A stretch of DNA of 32,000 bases, taken from an uncultured Lachnospiraceae bacterium (GTDB taxonomy: Bacteria; Bacillota; Clostridia; Oscillospirales; CAG-272). The stretch spans positions 19,228-51,227 of the forward strand of contig CAZONA010000005.1 in NCBI GenBank assembly GCA_964581025.1, given 5' to 3'. The notes under the pieces were generated by a model. It was not told where the DNA came from, searched no databases, and saw nothing but the letters and a program-made list of their open reading frames with translations. The translations under genes were made by a program, and so were the position numbers. This document shows positions 1 to 8,040 of the stretch, in pieces (position 1 is the first letter of the stretch; every line of letters starts with the position of its first letter).

Positions 1-1432
1 TATAAGGCTGATAGCCGTCAAAGAGGGTATTGATAAGTCCCTCTCCTCTGGTATCCGTGAGGAATTCCGAGCGGTAGCCGAAGAGGCAACGGGAGGGGAT
101 GGAATATTCCACTCTCATTCTGCTTCCGACCGACGTCATCTCGATAAGGTCGCCCTTACGTCTGCCGAGCTTCTCGATGACAGAGCCGACGTAATCCGTG
201 GGAACGTCGATCGTTACTCTCTCCATCGGCTCGCATTTGACGCCGTCTATCTCACGGTAGAGCACACGGGGATTGGAGCACATAAGCTCAAAGCCCTCTC
301 GGCGCATATTTTCTATAAGTATGGAAAGGTGCATCTCGCCCCTGCCTGCGACCTTGAAGGAATCCGTCGTGTCGCCGTCGCTGACACGGAGCGAAACGTC
401 CTTAAGGAGCTCACGGTAGAGCCTGTCCCTGATCTGACGGGACGTTACGAGCTTACCCTCACGCCCCGCGAGAGGTCCGTCGTTGACGGAGAAGGTCATC
501 TCCATCGTCGGCTCGCTGACCTTTACGAATTCAAGCGGCTCGATGCAGGTCGTGGAGGTTATGGTATCGCCTATGGTGATATTCTCCGCACCGGAGAAGC
601 ACACGATGTCTCCTATGCTCGCCGAGTCGACCTGAACTCTTCCGAGTCCGTTTATCTGATAGAGCGAAATTATCTTCGCCTTTTTGGGTGCTGCCTTTGA
701 ATGGTAATTGGAGATCATTACCTCCTGTCCCTGCTTGACCGTTCCTCGCTCGATGCGTCCGATACCGATACGTCCGACGAAATCGTTATAGTCTATGGAC
801 GATATGAGGAGCTGAAGCTCGCCCCCCTCGTCGCCCTCGGGTGCAGGAATGTAGTCGAGTATCTTATCGAAAAGGGGCTTGAGGTCCGTTCCGACGGTGT
901 TCATATCGTCGCTTGCAGTTCCGGCTCTGCCCGAGCAGAAAAGGAAGGGACTGTCGAGCTGCTCGTCGTTTGCGCCAAGATCAATAAGAAGCTCAAGGAC
1001 CTCGTCGATGACCTCGGAAATTCTTGCGTCGGGCTTGTCTATTTTATTTATGACGACTATAACTCTGTGATTGAGCTCGAGTGCTCTCTGGAGCACGAAG
1101 CGTGTCTGGGGCATAGGTCCTTCCGCCGCATCGACGAGAAGTATTACGCCGTTTACCATCTTGAGAACACGCTCGACCTCGCCGCCGAAGTCCGCATGTC
1201 CGGGGGTGTCGACTATGTTTATCTTTACTCCGTTGTAATGAACCGCCGTATTCTTGGCAAGGATCGTTATGCCTCTCTCACGCTCGAGGTCGTTCGAGTC
1301 CATAACTCTCTCCTCCGTGGCTTGATTTTCTCTGTAAATTCCGCCCTGCTTGAGAAGCTGGTCGACGAGAGTCGTCTTGCCGTGGTCAACGTGTGCGATT
1401 ATCGCTATATTTCTGAGGTCTTCTCTAACCAC
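1..1432 (-). CDS. typA: Translational GTPase TypA/BipA, partial (C-terminus lies beyond the window start)
   Basis: The gene is absent from the ORF track because it has no stop codon inside the window. Reverse-strand translation from GTG at 1432 reads [27 protein letters not shown]...[14 protein letters not shown]...NKIDK, which covers the G1, G3 and G4 boxes. Further on it reads [31 protein letters not shown] sits 8 nt upstream of the GTG. The plus-strand ORFs 329-700 and 701-1474 are antisense shadows of this gene. Confidence 0.9.
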   Translation of the reverse strand, partial: MVREDLRNIAIIAHVDHGKTTLVDQLLKQGGIYRENQATEERVMDSNDLERERGITILAKNTAVHYNGVKINIVDTPGHADFGGEVERVLKMVNGVILLVDAAEGPMPQTRFVLQRALELNHRVIVVINKIDKPDARISEVIDEVLELLIDLGANDEQLDSPFLFCSGRAGTASDDMNTVGTDLKPLFDKILDYIPAPEGDEGGELQLLISSIDYNDFVGRIGIGRIERGTVKQGQEVMISNYHSKAAPKKAKIISLYQINGLGRVQVDSASIGDIVCFSGAENITIGDTITSTTCIEPLEFVKVSEPTMEMTFSVNDGPLAGREGKLVTSRQIRDRLYRELLKDVSLRVSDGDTTDSFKVAGRGEMHLSILIENMRREGFELMCSNPRVLYREIDGVKCEPMERVTIDVPTDYVGSVIEKLGRRKGDLIEMTSVGSRMRVEYSIPSRCLFGYRSEFLTDTRGEGLINTLFDGYQPY

Positions 1433-1473
1433 TTCATTTTTCCTCCGTATTGTATAAGTTGGATAACTAAATA

Positions 1474-1502
1474 ATTATATCACTTTTTGCAAAAATATAA
1501 TA
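1474..1502 (-). promoter_or_regulatory. Putative typA promoter with an extended -10 and a weak -35
   Basis: On the minus strand the sequence reads TATTAT, a 17-nt spacer ATTTTTGCAAAAAGTGA, then TATAAT. The TGa immediately before TATAAT forms an extended -10. The -35 hexamer is poor. The spacer contains the palindrome TTTTTGCAAAAA. Confidence 0.4.
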
Positions 1503-1592
1503 TAGTAATTTGCACGGAATTTTCGACTTTTTTGAACTATTTTTTGTGTTTTTTGACGGTTAATATCTCAAAAAGAGAAAATTTAATGCCGA

Positions 1593-1621
1593 TTGACAAA
1601 GCGGAAAAAGTATGATATAAT
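1593..1621 (+). promoter_or_regulatory. Sigma-A type promoter for the HAD/PAP2 genes
   Basis: TTGACA lies at 1593-1598, followed by a 17-nt spacer ending in TGa, then TATAAT at 1616-1621. It is about 30 nt upstream of the GAGGAG RBS and the ATG at 1652. Confidence 0.65.
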
Positions 1622-1651
1622 CGTAGCAACGACAAAATTGAGGAGTTTTTT

Positions 1652-2314
1652 ATGCGCTCTTACATAAAGGCATTGATATTTGACCTCGACGGGACGCTGG
1701 CGGACACCGTTCCCGCAATCTGCGAGGCGGTCAACATGACGATGCGCTCGCTCGGTATGCCCGAGCTGACGGAGGCGGAGGTGAGGCTCAACATCGGGCA
1801 CGGTCCTCGCCACCTGATCACACGCTCCCTGCCCCGTTCGGCACTCACTGCCGATCCGACGCTTGCGGACAGGGCACTTGAATTATACGATGAGGCTTAC
1901 GGGCAGACGTATCTTCACACCGACTCTCTCTATGGGGGGCTCGGAGAGGTGATAGAGGAGCTTTCGAAATATTACAAAATTGCGGTGCTCTCGAACAAGC
2001 AGGACGAATACGCCCGTGCTCTCGTCGAAAAGCTTTTGCCGCCCGGAATCTGCTCTGCGGTACGGGGCACGCTTGACGGCGTTCCGGCAAAGCCCGAGCC
2101 GGATGCGGCTCGGGCGCTCGTTGCGGAGCTTGGTCTTTCCCCACACGACTGTATGCTTATCGGGGACAGTGGGGTGGACGTTTTGACAGCGGAGAATGCG
2201 GAGCTTGACATTCTGTCCGTGTCGTGGGGGTACACCTCGAAAACAAAGTTAATAATGAGCGGTGCTATGGAGATAGTGAACGATCCCTCGGAGCTGCTCG
2301 AATATTTCAAATAA
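1652..2314 (+). CDS. HAD-superfamily hydrolase, phosphoglycolate-phosphatase-like (subfamily IA)
   Basis: The N-terminus carries the HAD motif I, ALIFDLDGTLADT. Later motifs are LSNK and a C-terminal GDSGVDV. A GAGGAG RBS lies 6 nt upstream of the start. Confidence 0.8.
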   Translation: MRSYIKALIFDLDGTLADTVPAICEAVNMTMRSLGMPELTEAEVRLNIGHGPRHLITRSLPRSALTADPTLADRALELYDEAYGQTYLHTDSLYGGLGEVIEELSKYYKIAVLSNKQDEYARALVEKLLPPGICSAVRGTLDGVPAKPEPDAARALVAELGLSPHDCMLIGDSGVDVLTAENAELDILSVSWGYTSKTKLIMSGAMEIVNDPSELLEYFK

Positions 2315-2325
2315 CGGAGGAAAAA

Positions 2326-2970
2326 ATGAAGGATCTTACCAAACCGTCAAACAAATGCTTAAAATACGCCATTTGCGTGCTTTGCGTCGCCGCTCTCGTT
2401 GGGATCGGCTTTCTGTTGCGGCTTATCGACTGGGATATTCTCTATTTTATTCAGAACAATCTCAGGTGCGGCTTTTTGGACGTTGTAGTTCCCCTTTTCA
2501 CCACGCTCGGCGAGTGGGCGATCTGCTGGATAGTCATCGGGCTTGTGATGCTCATTCCGAAGAAAACGAGAAAATGCGGCTTTTGGACGCTCGTATCGCT
2601 CGTTGCGGTGATGCTTATTTGCAACATTGCACTCAAAAATCTCGTGGCGAGAGACCGTCCGTGCTATCTCGTTGACGAGGCGTTTTGGGAATCCATAAGG
2701 CTCGTCGGCAACCCCTCTGAATATTCGTTCCCCTCGGGGCATTCCGTTTCGGGAATGGCGTCCGCACTCACGATATATTTCCATCACAAGAAGCTCGGCA
2801 TTGCCGCCATCGTCGTTGCGGTGCTTATGGGGCTTTCTCGTCTGTACGTTTTCGTGCACTTCCCCACGGATATTTGGGGCGGATTTCTCATCGGTGCGGC
2901 TATCGCTCTCGGCGTTCGCTTTGCGGAGCTGAAGATCACCGCCTACCGTCAGAGCAAGGCAAATGCTTAA
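2326..2970 (+). CDS. PAP2-family membrane phosphatase (phosphatidic acid or undecaprenyl-diphosphate phosphatase-like)
   Basis: The three PAP2 motifs are present: KNLVARDRP, PSGH and SRLYVFVHFPTD. Several hydrophobic helices are visible. The start was set at the internal ATG 2326 (MKDLTK...), which has a GGAGG 5 nt upstream, rather than at the track start 2224, which overlaps the HAD gene. Confidence 0.8.
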   Translation: MKDLTKPSNKCLKYAICVLCVAALVGIGFLLRLIDWDILYFIQNNLRCGFLDVVVPLFTTLGEWAICWIVIGLVMLIPKKTRKCGFWTLVSLVAVMLICNIALKNLVARDRPCYLVDEAFWESIRLVGNPSEYSFPSGHSVSGMASALTIYFHHKKLGIAAIVVAVLMGLSRLYVFVHFPTDIWGGFLIGAAIALGVRFAELKITAYRQSKANA

Positions 2971-2998
2971 CGGCTTACGCATTAAAATCAAATATCGA

Positions 2999-3033
2999 AA
3001 TACGCCTCGGTCGCCCGAGGCGTATTGATTTTT
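2999..3033 (+). terminator. Rho-independent terminator after the PAP2 gene
   Basis: AATACGCCTCGG, loop tcgc, CCGAGGCGTATT form a 12-bp stem. The stem is followed by GATTTTT. Confidence 0.7.
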
Positions 3034-3051
3034 GGGAATCTGAAAATTGTC

Positions 3052-3080
3052 TTGACATTCGGCGCTTGATTTGGTATAAT
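3052..3080 (+). promoter_or_regulatory. Sigma-A promoter for holB-ricT
   Basis: TTGACA lies at 3052-3057, followed by a 17-nt spacer and TATAAT at 3075-3080. AGGAGG at 3098-3103 sits 7 nt before the ATG at 3111. Confidence 0.65.
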
Positions 3081-3110
3081 AATTACATATAGCTTTTAGG
3101 AGGTCATGCA

Positions 3111-4148
3111 ATGGGAAACGGTTTTTCCGATATTGTCGGCAACAGCGAGCTCTGCTCGTATTTTGAGCGTGCCGCACGGGACGACCGACTTTCGCACGCA
3201 TACATTCTGCTCGGTCCGCACGGCACGGGAAAGCGGACGCTTGCCCGTCGCATTGCCGCCGCCGCAAACTGCGAAAGGCGCAAGGACGACGGCTCTGCCG
3301 TTCCCTGTGGGGCATGCGATTCCTGCAAAAAAATACTCGGCTCGGACTCGGCGGACGTAGTCTTTATCTCACGTGAGGCGGGCAAGGCGACGCTCGGTGT
3401 GGATTCCGTAAGATTCATACGCTCGGACATGGCTTTTGCGCCGAACGACGGGGATTTCAAGCTATACATAATCGAGGATGCGGACACCATGACTCCGCAG
3501 GCGCAAAATTCCCTGCTTCTCACGCTCGAGGAGCCGCCGGAATATGCGATATTTCTTTTACTTTGCGAGGATTCGGACGCTTTACTCGAAACGGTCAGGA
3601 GCCGTGCGCCGATACTGCGTATGAGGATACCCGATCGGGATGCGGCGATCGAATATTTACGCAAGAACGACTCGGGGGCGAGGGCATTTATTGATTCCTC
3701 ACGTGAGAAATTCGACAGACTCTATGCGATATCGGGCGGAAGCATCGGCAGGGTGCTTGAGCTTATTTCCTCTGCGGAGAAGGATCAGCTTTTGCAAAAT
3801 CGGGAAGCCGCAACGCTCTTACTCGAGGCACTTGCGCACGGGACGCAGGCTCGGGATATTGCGAGCATTTACGCCGCTTTCTCTGCAAAGAGGGACGAGA
3901 GGGACAGAGTCATTGACAGGCTCTCCGCTTTGAGTGCCGCCGCAAGAGATCTTATGCTGATCAAGAAATCCGATGCGCCGCATCTGATATTTTTCACGGA
4001 TCAGGGCTATGCGGAGGAGCTTTCGTACTCTTTTTCCGTGCAGAAGCTCACCGAGCTTATTGAACGCACGGAGGAGGCTCGCATTTCCCTACTCAAAAAC
4101 GCCAACGTGAGACTGACGATCACAAATCTTCTCACGACTCTTATATAA
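3111..4148 (+). CDS. holB: DNA polymerase III subunit delta' (clamp-loader AAA+ protein)
   Basis: The P-loop region reads HAYILLGPHGTGKRTLARRIA. A Cys-rich zinc module CGACDSC follows. The sensor region is LLLTLEEPP...SRA. The gene also shows synteny with the downstream yaaT/ricT. Confidence 0.85.
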   Translation: MGNGFSDIVGNSELCSYFERAARDDRLSHAYILLGPHGTGKRTLARRIAAAANCERRKDDGSAVPCGACDSCKKILGSDSADVVFISREAGKATLGVDSVRFIRSDMAFAPNDGDFKLYIIEDADTMTPQAQNSLLLTLEEPPEYAIFLLLCEDSDALLETVRSRAPILRMRIPDRDAAIEYLRKNDSGARAFIDSSREKFDRLYAISGGSIGRVLELISSAEKDQLLQNREAATLLLEALAHGTQARDIASIYAAFSAKRDERDRVIDRLSALSAAARDLMLIKKSDAPHLIFFTDQGYAEELSYSFSVQKLTELIERTEEARISLLKNANVRLTITNLLTTLI

Positions 4149-4160
4149 ACGGAGATAAAT

Positions 4161-5294
4161 ATGGAAAACGATAAGAACATTCAAAATAACAAGGTCGACG
4201 GCTCGACCGAGGGCAGGAGATCGGAAAAGAAAAAGCACCATCGCAGGTTTAATCGCAGGCGCAAGCCAAAGCGTGAGGGCGGCGAGGGCTCTCCCGAGCT
4301 TCGGGATACGGAGCTGACGGAGTCCGCAGAGGCGGAGACGTCGGAGGGCGGCTTTTCGCAGAGCGAGGAGGAGCTGGAATTTTTGGAGGACGGCTCTCTC
4401 GAAAGCTCCGAGGAGACCTCCGCAATTTTCAAAAAGCCCGAGCCCGATCCCGACGAGGAAAAGGTCGAGGTCGTGGGCGTAAGGTTCAAGCGTGCGGGCA
4501 AGGTATACTATTTCGCACCCGAGGGCATTCAGGCGCAGAAGGGCGATTTTGCGATAGTCGACACGGCTCGAGGTCCGGAGTTCGGAGAGATCTTCATTCC
4601 GAACAGGCTCGTGGGCATTTCCGAGATAGTTCCGCCGCTCCGCCCGGTAATACGCATTGCGACGGCGGAGGATATTACTCACGACGCCGAAAATTCGAAA
4701 AAGGAGCGTGAGGCTTTTGCCGCCTGCCTTGAGCAGATCGAAAAGCACGGGCTTGATATGAAGCTCGTCGACGCTCAATACACCTTTGACAACAGCAAGC
4801 TCCTGTTCTATTTCACCTCTGCCGGCAGAGTCGATTTCCGTGAGCTTGTCAAGGACCTTGCCGGAATTTTCAGAACGAGAATAGAGCTTCGCCAAATCGG
4901 TATCAGAGACGAGGCAAAGCTCATCGGAGGTCTCGGCGCATGCGGCAGACCGCTGTGCTGCTCCACGTTCCTCTCCGATTTCGTGCAGGTATCAATAAAG
5001 ATGGCTAAGGAGCAGGGGCTGTTTCTCAACTCTTCGAAGATCTCGGGCACGTGCGGCAGGCTTATGTGCTGCTTGCGCTACGAGCACGAGACGTATGAGT
5101 ACGAGATCGCTCGCACGCCTGCTGTCGACACGACGGTCAAGACTCCCGACGGACTCGGCGTCGTGGTGGAATCACGTCCCATTTCGGGCACGGTGAAGGT
5201 CAGGCTCGCAGGCAAGGACGACGAAGCTCCGAGGGTCTATCCCCGTGGGGACGTTAAGGTCGTTTCGGCGACAAAAAAGTCCGCCAAGGCTTGA
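4161..5294 (+). CDS. ricT: PSP1-domain protein, RicT/YaaT family, with a long charged N-terminal extension
   Basis: The C-terminal two-thirds matches the PSP1 signature, including GACGRPLCCSTFL and GTCGRLMCCLRYEHE. The gene follows holB, as it does in Bacillus. The first 100 aa or so are low-complexity, K/R-rich and then E-rich. Confidence 0.85.
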   Translation: MENDKNIQNNKVDGSTEGRRSEKKKHHRRFNRRRKPKREGGEGSPELRDTELTESAEAETSEGGFSQSEEELEFLEDGSLESSEETSAIFKKPEPDPDEEKVEVVGVRFKRAGKVYYFAPEGIQAQKGDFAIVDTARGPEFGEIFIPNRLVGISEIVPPLRPVIRIATAEDITHDAENSKKEREAFAACLEQIEKHGLDMKLVDAQYTFDNSKLLFYFTSAGRVDFRELVKDLAGIFRTRIELRQIGIRDEAKLIGGLGACGRPLCCSTFLSDFVQVSIKMAKEQGLFLNSSKISGTCGRLMCCLRYEHETYEYEIARTPAVDTTVKTPDGLGVVVESRPISGTVKVRLAGKDDEAPRVYPRGDVKVVSATKKSAKA

Positions 5295-5330
5295 TTTGAT
5301 AAAAAATTCAAAAAAGTTTTCGCAAAGCTA

Positions 5331-5360
5331 TTGCTTTTTTATATCGGACTGTGTTATAAT
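5331..5360 (+). promoter_or_regulatory. Sigma-A promoter for the ferredoxin gene
   Basis: TTGCTT lies at 5331-5336, followed by an 18-nt spacer, then TGt and TATAAT at 5355-5360, giving an extended -10. Confidence 0.6.
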
Positions 5361-5392
5361 TGTTTAACAAATACTAATGGAGGTATTTTATC

Positions 5393-5563
5393 ATGGCTTA
5401 TAAGATCACAGATGCATGCATCGCTTGCGGCGCTTGCGCCGAGGCTTGCCCCTGCGGAGCTATCTCCGAAGGCGACGGCATGTACGTTATCGATCCTGAC
5501 GCTTGCGCAGAGTGCGGCGCTTGCGCTGACGTTTGCCCTGTAGGAGCTCCCGTTCAGGAATAA
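5393..5563 (+). CDS. fdx: Small 2x[4Fe-4S] ferredoxin (56 aa)
   Basis: The gene is not in the ORF track because it is short. The translation is MAYKITDACIACGACAEACPCGAISEGDGMYVIDPDACAECGACADVCPVGAPVQE. It contains two CxxCxxCxxxCP clusters. A GGAGG RBS lies upstream, and the gene is flanked by its own promoter and terminator. Confidence 0.9.
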   Translation: MAYKITDACIACGACAEACPCGAISEGDGMYVIDPDACAECGACADVCPVGAPVQE

Positions 5564-5578
5564 TCAGATCGTGTTTCA

Positions 5579-5613
5579 AAAATACGGAGCAGACCGTCTG
5601 CTCCGTATTTTTA
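5579..5613 (+). terminator. Rho-independent terminator after the ferredoxin gene
   Basis: TACGGAGCAG...CTGCTCCGTA forms a stem flanked by an A-run and followed by TTTTT. Confidence 0.75.
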
Positions 5614-5641
5614 ATTTTCGGAAAATAGGAGTGTGCTTTAA

Positions 5642-6397
5642 GTGGATGCGATTTTATGCGAGGGGGAAGCTCTCACGCAGGTAAATGAAAATATAAGGCT
5701 CATACAGAAGAGGAGGGGCTTGACGTTCGGGACGGACGCCTTTTTGCTCGCCGCCTTCATAAAGAAAAAATCGAATTCCTACGCCGTCGAGCTTGGCGGC
5801 GGAACGGGGATCGTTTCCCTGCTCTGCGCCTCTCGAGAAAAGCTCTCACGCATAAACTGCGTTGAGCTTCAGCCCGATTTTGCCGACATTATCGCACGGA
5901 ATGCGGAGCTGAACGGTCTTTCGGATCGGGTATTTTCCGTTTGTGCGGACGTTCGGGATCTCAAGGCGTCGGTGCTCGGCAAAGAGGCGGACGTGGTTTT
6001 CGCAAATCCGCCGTATATGAAGGCAAACTGCGGCAAGCGCAACGAGCACGACGAAAAATATCTCGCTCGCCACGAGGTCTGCGGCACGGTTGCGGATTTT
6101 TGTGCATGTGCGAGCAGGCTTCTAAAGCACGGCGGCTTCTTTTACTGCGTTTGGCGTCCGGACAGGCTCACGGATCTTATCTGCGCTCTGCGTGAAAATC
6201 GGCTCGAGCCGAAGGAGCTTTGCTTCGTTCACGCTTCTGCGAGCTCCGCACCGTCGATGGTGCTCGTAAAAGCCAAAAAGGGTGCGTCCTCCTCATCGGT
6301 CATTCTTCCTCCTCTGTTTTTGAGCGAGGTGGGCGATCCGAGCGTGATGACGGAGCGTGCGAGAAAAATTTACGAGGTGTGTGATTTCAATGAATGA
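5642..6397 (+). CDS. Class I SAM-dependent methyltransferase, tRNA1(Val) (adenine37-N6)-methyltransferase-like (YabB/TrmN6 family)
   Basis: The SAM-binding region is VELGGGTGIVSL and the N6-adenine motif ANPPYMK is present. The start is a GTG with AGGAG 10 nt upstream. The position matches the Bacillus holB-yaaT-yabA-yabB synteny. Confidence 0.75.
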   Translation: MDAILCEGEALTQVNENIRLIQKRRGLTFGTDAFLLAAFIKKKSNSYAVELGGGTGIVSLLCASREKLSRINCVELQPDFADIIARNAELNGLSDRVFSVCADVRDLKASVLGKEADVVFANPPYMKANCGKRNEHDEKYLARHEVCGTVADFCACASRLLKHGGFFYCVWRPDRLTDLICALRENRLEPKELCFVHASASSAPSMVLVKAKKGASSSSVILPPLFLSEVGDPSVMTERARKIYEVCDFNE

Positions 6398-7166
6398 ACT
6401 TAAAAGAATACTCAGCTACACCCGTCGTGCCGTTGACGACTATTCGATGATAGAGGACGGCGACAGGGTTGCGGTCGGCGTTTCCGCCGGCAAGGATTCG
6501 CTCACGCTTCTTGTGGCACTTGCGGAGCTGAGGAGATTTTATCCCAAAAAATTCGAGCTTATTGCGATAACGGTCGATATGGGCTTTCCCGAGACGTCTT
6601 TTGAGGGCATCTCGAGGCTTTGCGATGAGCTCGGCGTCGAATATCATATCGTGCCGACGCAGATATACAGTATAATTTTCGAGGAGAGAAAGGAAAAGAG
6701 CCCCTGCTCCCTTTGCGCAAAGATGCGTCGGGGCGTGCTCTACGGCACGGCAAAGGAGCTTGGCTGTAACAAGGTCGCACTCGGACATCATTTCGACGAT
6801 GCGATCGAGACCTTTATGCTCAATCTCTTCTTCGAGGGCAGGATCGGTTGCTTTTCGCCCGTAACGTATCTTTCGAGAAGAGACGTAACGATGATCCGTC
6901 CCCTGCTCTATGCAAGTGAAAAGTGCGTAAGGCAATTTGCGACCGCAGCGGAGCTTCCCGTGGTCAAGTCCTCCTGTCCTGCGGACGGGAACACGGAGCG
7001 TGAGGAGATGAAGCAGCTGCTTCACTCGCTTGACATAAAGTACAAGGGCTTGCGCTACCGGATTTTCGGTGCGATGCAGAGGGGCGAGATAGACGGCTTC
7101 AAGCCTGCCGGCTCGAATGCGAAATTAAAGGATTATTTTGACGGGGAGGACTCGGACGATGAATAA
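6390..7166 (+). CDS. PP-loop ATP pyrophosphatase, TtcA-like tRNA thiolation enzyme
   Basis: The PP-loop variant is VGVSAGKDSLTLL. Downstream motifs are CSLCAKMRRG and GHHFDD. The start was set at ATG 6390 (MNELKR...), which overlaps the upstream stop by 8 nt, rather than at the track start 6357. Confidence 0.75.
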   Translation: MNELKRILSYTRRAVDDYSMIEDGDRVAVGVSAGKDSLTLLVALAELRRFYPKKFELIAITVDMGFPETSFEGISRLCDELGVEYHIVPTQIYSIIFEERKEKSPCSLCAKMRRGVLYGTAKELGCNKVALGHHFDDAIETFMLNLFFEGRIGCFSPVTYLSRRDVTMIRPLLYASEKCVRQFATAAELPVVKSSCPADGNTEREEMKQLLHSLDIKYKGLRYRIFGAMQRGEIDGFKPAGSNAKLKDYFDGEDSDDE

Positions 7167-8022
7167 ATATTCGTACACGGAGGATATGCTCCCCTCCCTT
7201 TTACCGAAGCGTGATGAGCGCTCGCACAAGGGCAGCTGCGGTAGGGTTCTCGTGATCGGCGGCTCGCCGTGCATGAGCGGTGCACCGTATTTTTCCGCAA
7301 AGGCGGCATACCGCATGGGTGCAGGACTCGTTGAGGTCTTTACCCACGAGAGCAACAGGGTGATAATGCAGACGCTTCTGCCCGAGGCGGTGCTCTCCGT
7401 TTGGAGCGAGGGTGCGCTTGATTTTGCGGCATTTGAGAGATCGATTAAAAAAGCTAAGGTCATAGCGATCGGAATGGGACTTTCGCAGAGCGAGGGGGCG
7501 CTTGAGATACTGCGTTTCACGCTCAAAGCTCGCACCTGCCCCATAGTCATAGACGCAGACGCACTCAATCTTATCGCAGGCAACCCAAATCTTGCGTCGC
7601 TTATCGGCGAAAACGCCGTGCTGACGCCCCATCCGCTCGAGGCAGCAAGGCTTTTGGGGGCGGAGGTCGGCGATATCGTTGCCGATCCGCCGCACTTTGC
7701 GAAAGCTCTCGCCGACAGATCGGGGGCGGTATCTCTTTTGAAGGATCACCGCACGGCTGTGGCAGATCCTCACTCCGATGATATATATATCAATTTGAGC
7801 GGAAACAGCGGAATGAGCACGGGTGGCTCGGGGGACGTTCTCGACGGCGTCATCGCAGGGCTGATCGCACAGGGCAAATCTCCGCTCGACGCCGCATGCC
7901 TCGGTGCGTATATCCACGGTCTTGCCGGCGACGTCGCCGCCGATAAGCTCTCCGAATATTCCGTCATGGCGAGCGATATCGTCGACGCAATATCCGCAGT
8001 CTGCAAAAAAGCCCATTGCTGA
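7159..8022 (+). CDS. nnrD: ADP-dependent NAD(P)H-hydrate dehydratase (YjeF C-terminal domain type)
   Basis: The motifs HKGSCGRVLVIGGS, GAGLVEV and GGSGDVLDGVIAGLIAQG are present. The start was set at ATG 7159, which has GGGGAGGA upstream and overlaps the preceding stop codon. Confidence 0.85.
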   Translation: MNKYSYTEDMLPSLLPKRDERSHKGSCGRVLVIGGSPCMSGAPYFSAKAAYRMGAGLVEVFTHESNRVIMQTLLPEAVLSVWSEGALDFAAFERSIKKAKVIAIGMGLSQSEGALEILRFTLKARTCPIVIDADALNLIAGNPNLASLIGENAVLTPHPLEAARLLGAEVGDIVADPPHFAKALADRSGAVSLLKDHRTAVADPHSDDIYINLSGNSGMSTGGSGDVLDGVIAGLIAQGKSPLDAACLGAYIHGLAGDVAADKLSEYSVMASDIVDAISAVCKKAHC

Positions 8023-8037
8023 GCAATGGGCTTTTTT
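8005..8037. terminator. Bidirectional terminator between the convergent nnrD and GH78 genes
   Basis: The sequence reads AAAAAA, GCCCATTGC, tga, GCAATGGGC, TTTTTT. This is a perfect 9-bp stem with an A-run and a T-run on its flanks. It overlaps the nnrD stop codon. Confidence 0.8.
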
Positions 8038-8040
8038 ATT

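Noticed and set aside
329-1474. Two plus-strand ORFs (123 aa and 257 aa) that fill the left end of the window.
   Set aside because: They lie exactly antisense to an unmistakable TypA/BipA GTPase frame containing [15 protein letters not shown] and NKID. Their translations have no recognisable motifs and no RBS. They are shadow ORFs.
2224-2325. Longer N-terminal extensions offered by the ORF track for several genes: PAP2 (start 2224), ttcA-like (6357), nnrD (7138), araC (14979), smpB (18910), lipoprotein (19597) and glgC (27827).
   Set aside because: In each case an internal start has a proper GGAGG-type RBS at 5-10 nt and removes the overlap with the upstream gene. The extended portions lack an RBS and add residues with no family-typical sequence.
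2999-3026. The terminator hairpin core ATACGCCTCGG...CCGAGGCG is nearly identical to the hairpin at 28019-28042. This raised the possibility of a dispersed repeat family.
   Set aside because: There are only two copies. The match is short and GC-rich, about 9-11 nt per arm. Both copies sit where ordinary intrinsic terminators are expected, so convergence or chance is the simpler explanation.
3106-3360. An ATG at 3106, 2 nt after the AGGAGG, opening an 84-aa ORF.
   Set aside because: The spacing to the RBS is too short. The ATG at 3111 is in the holB frame with 7-nt spacing and gives a full-length clamp-loader protein.
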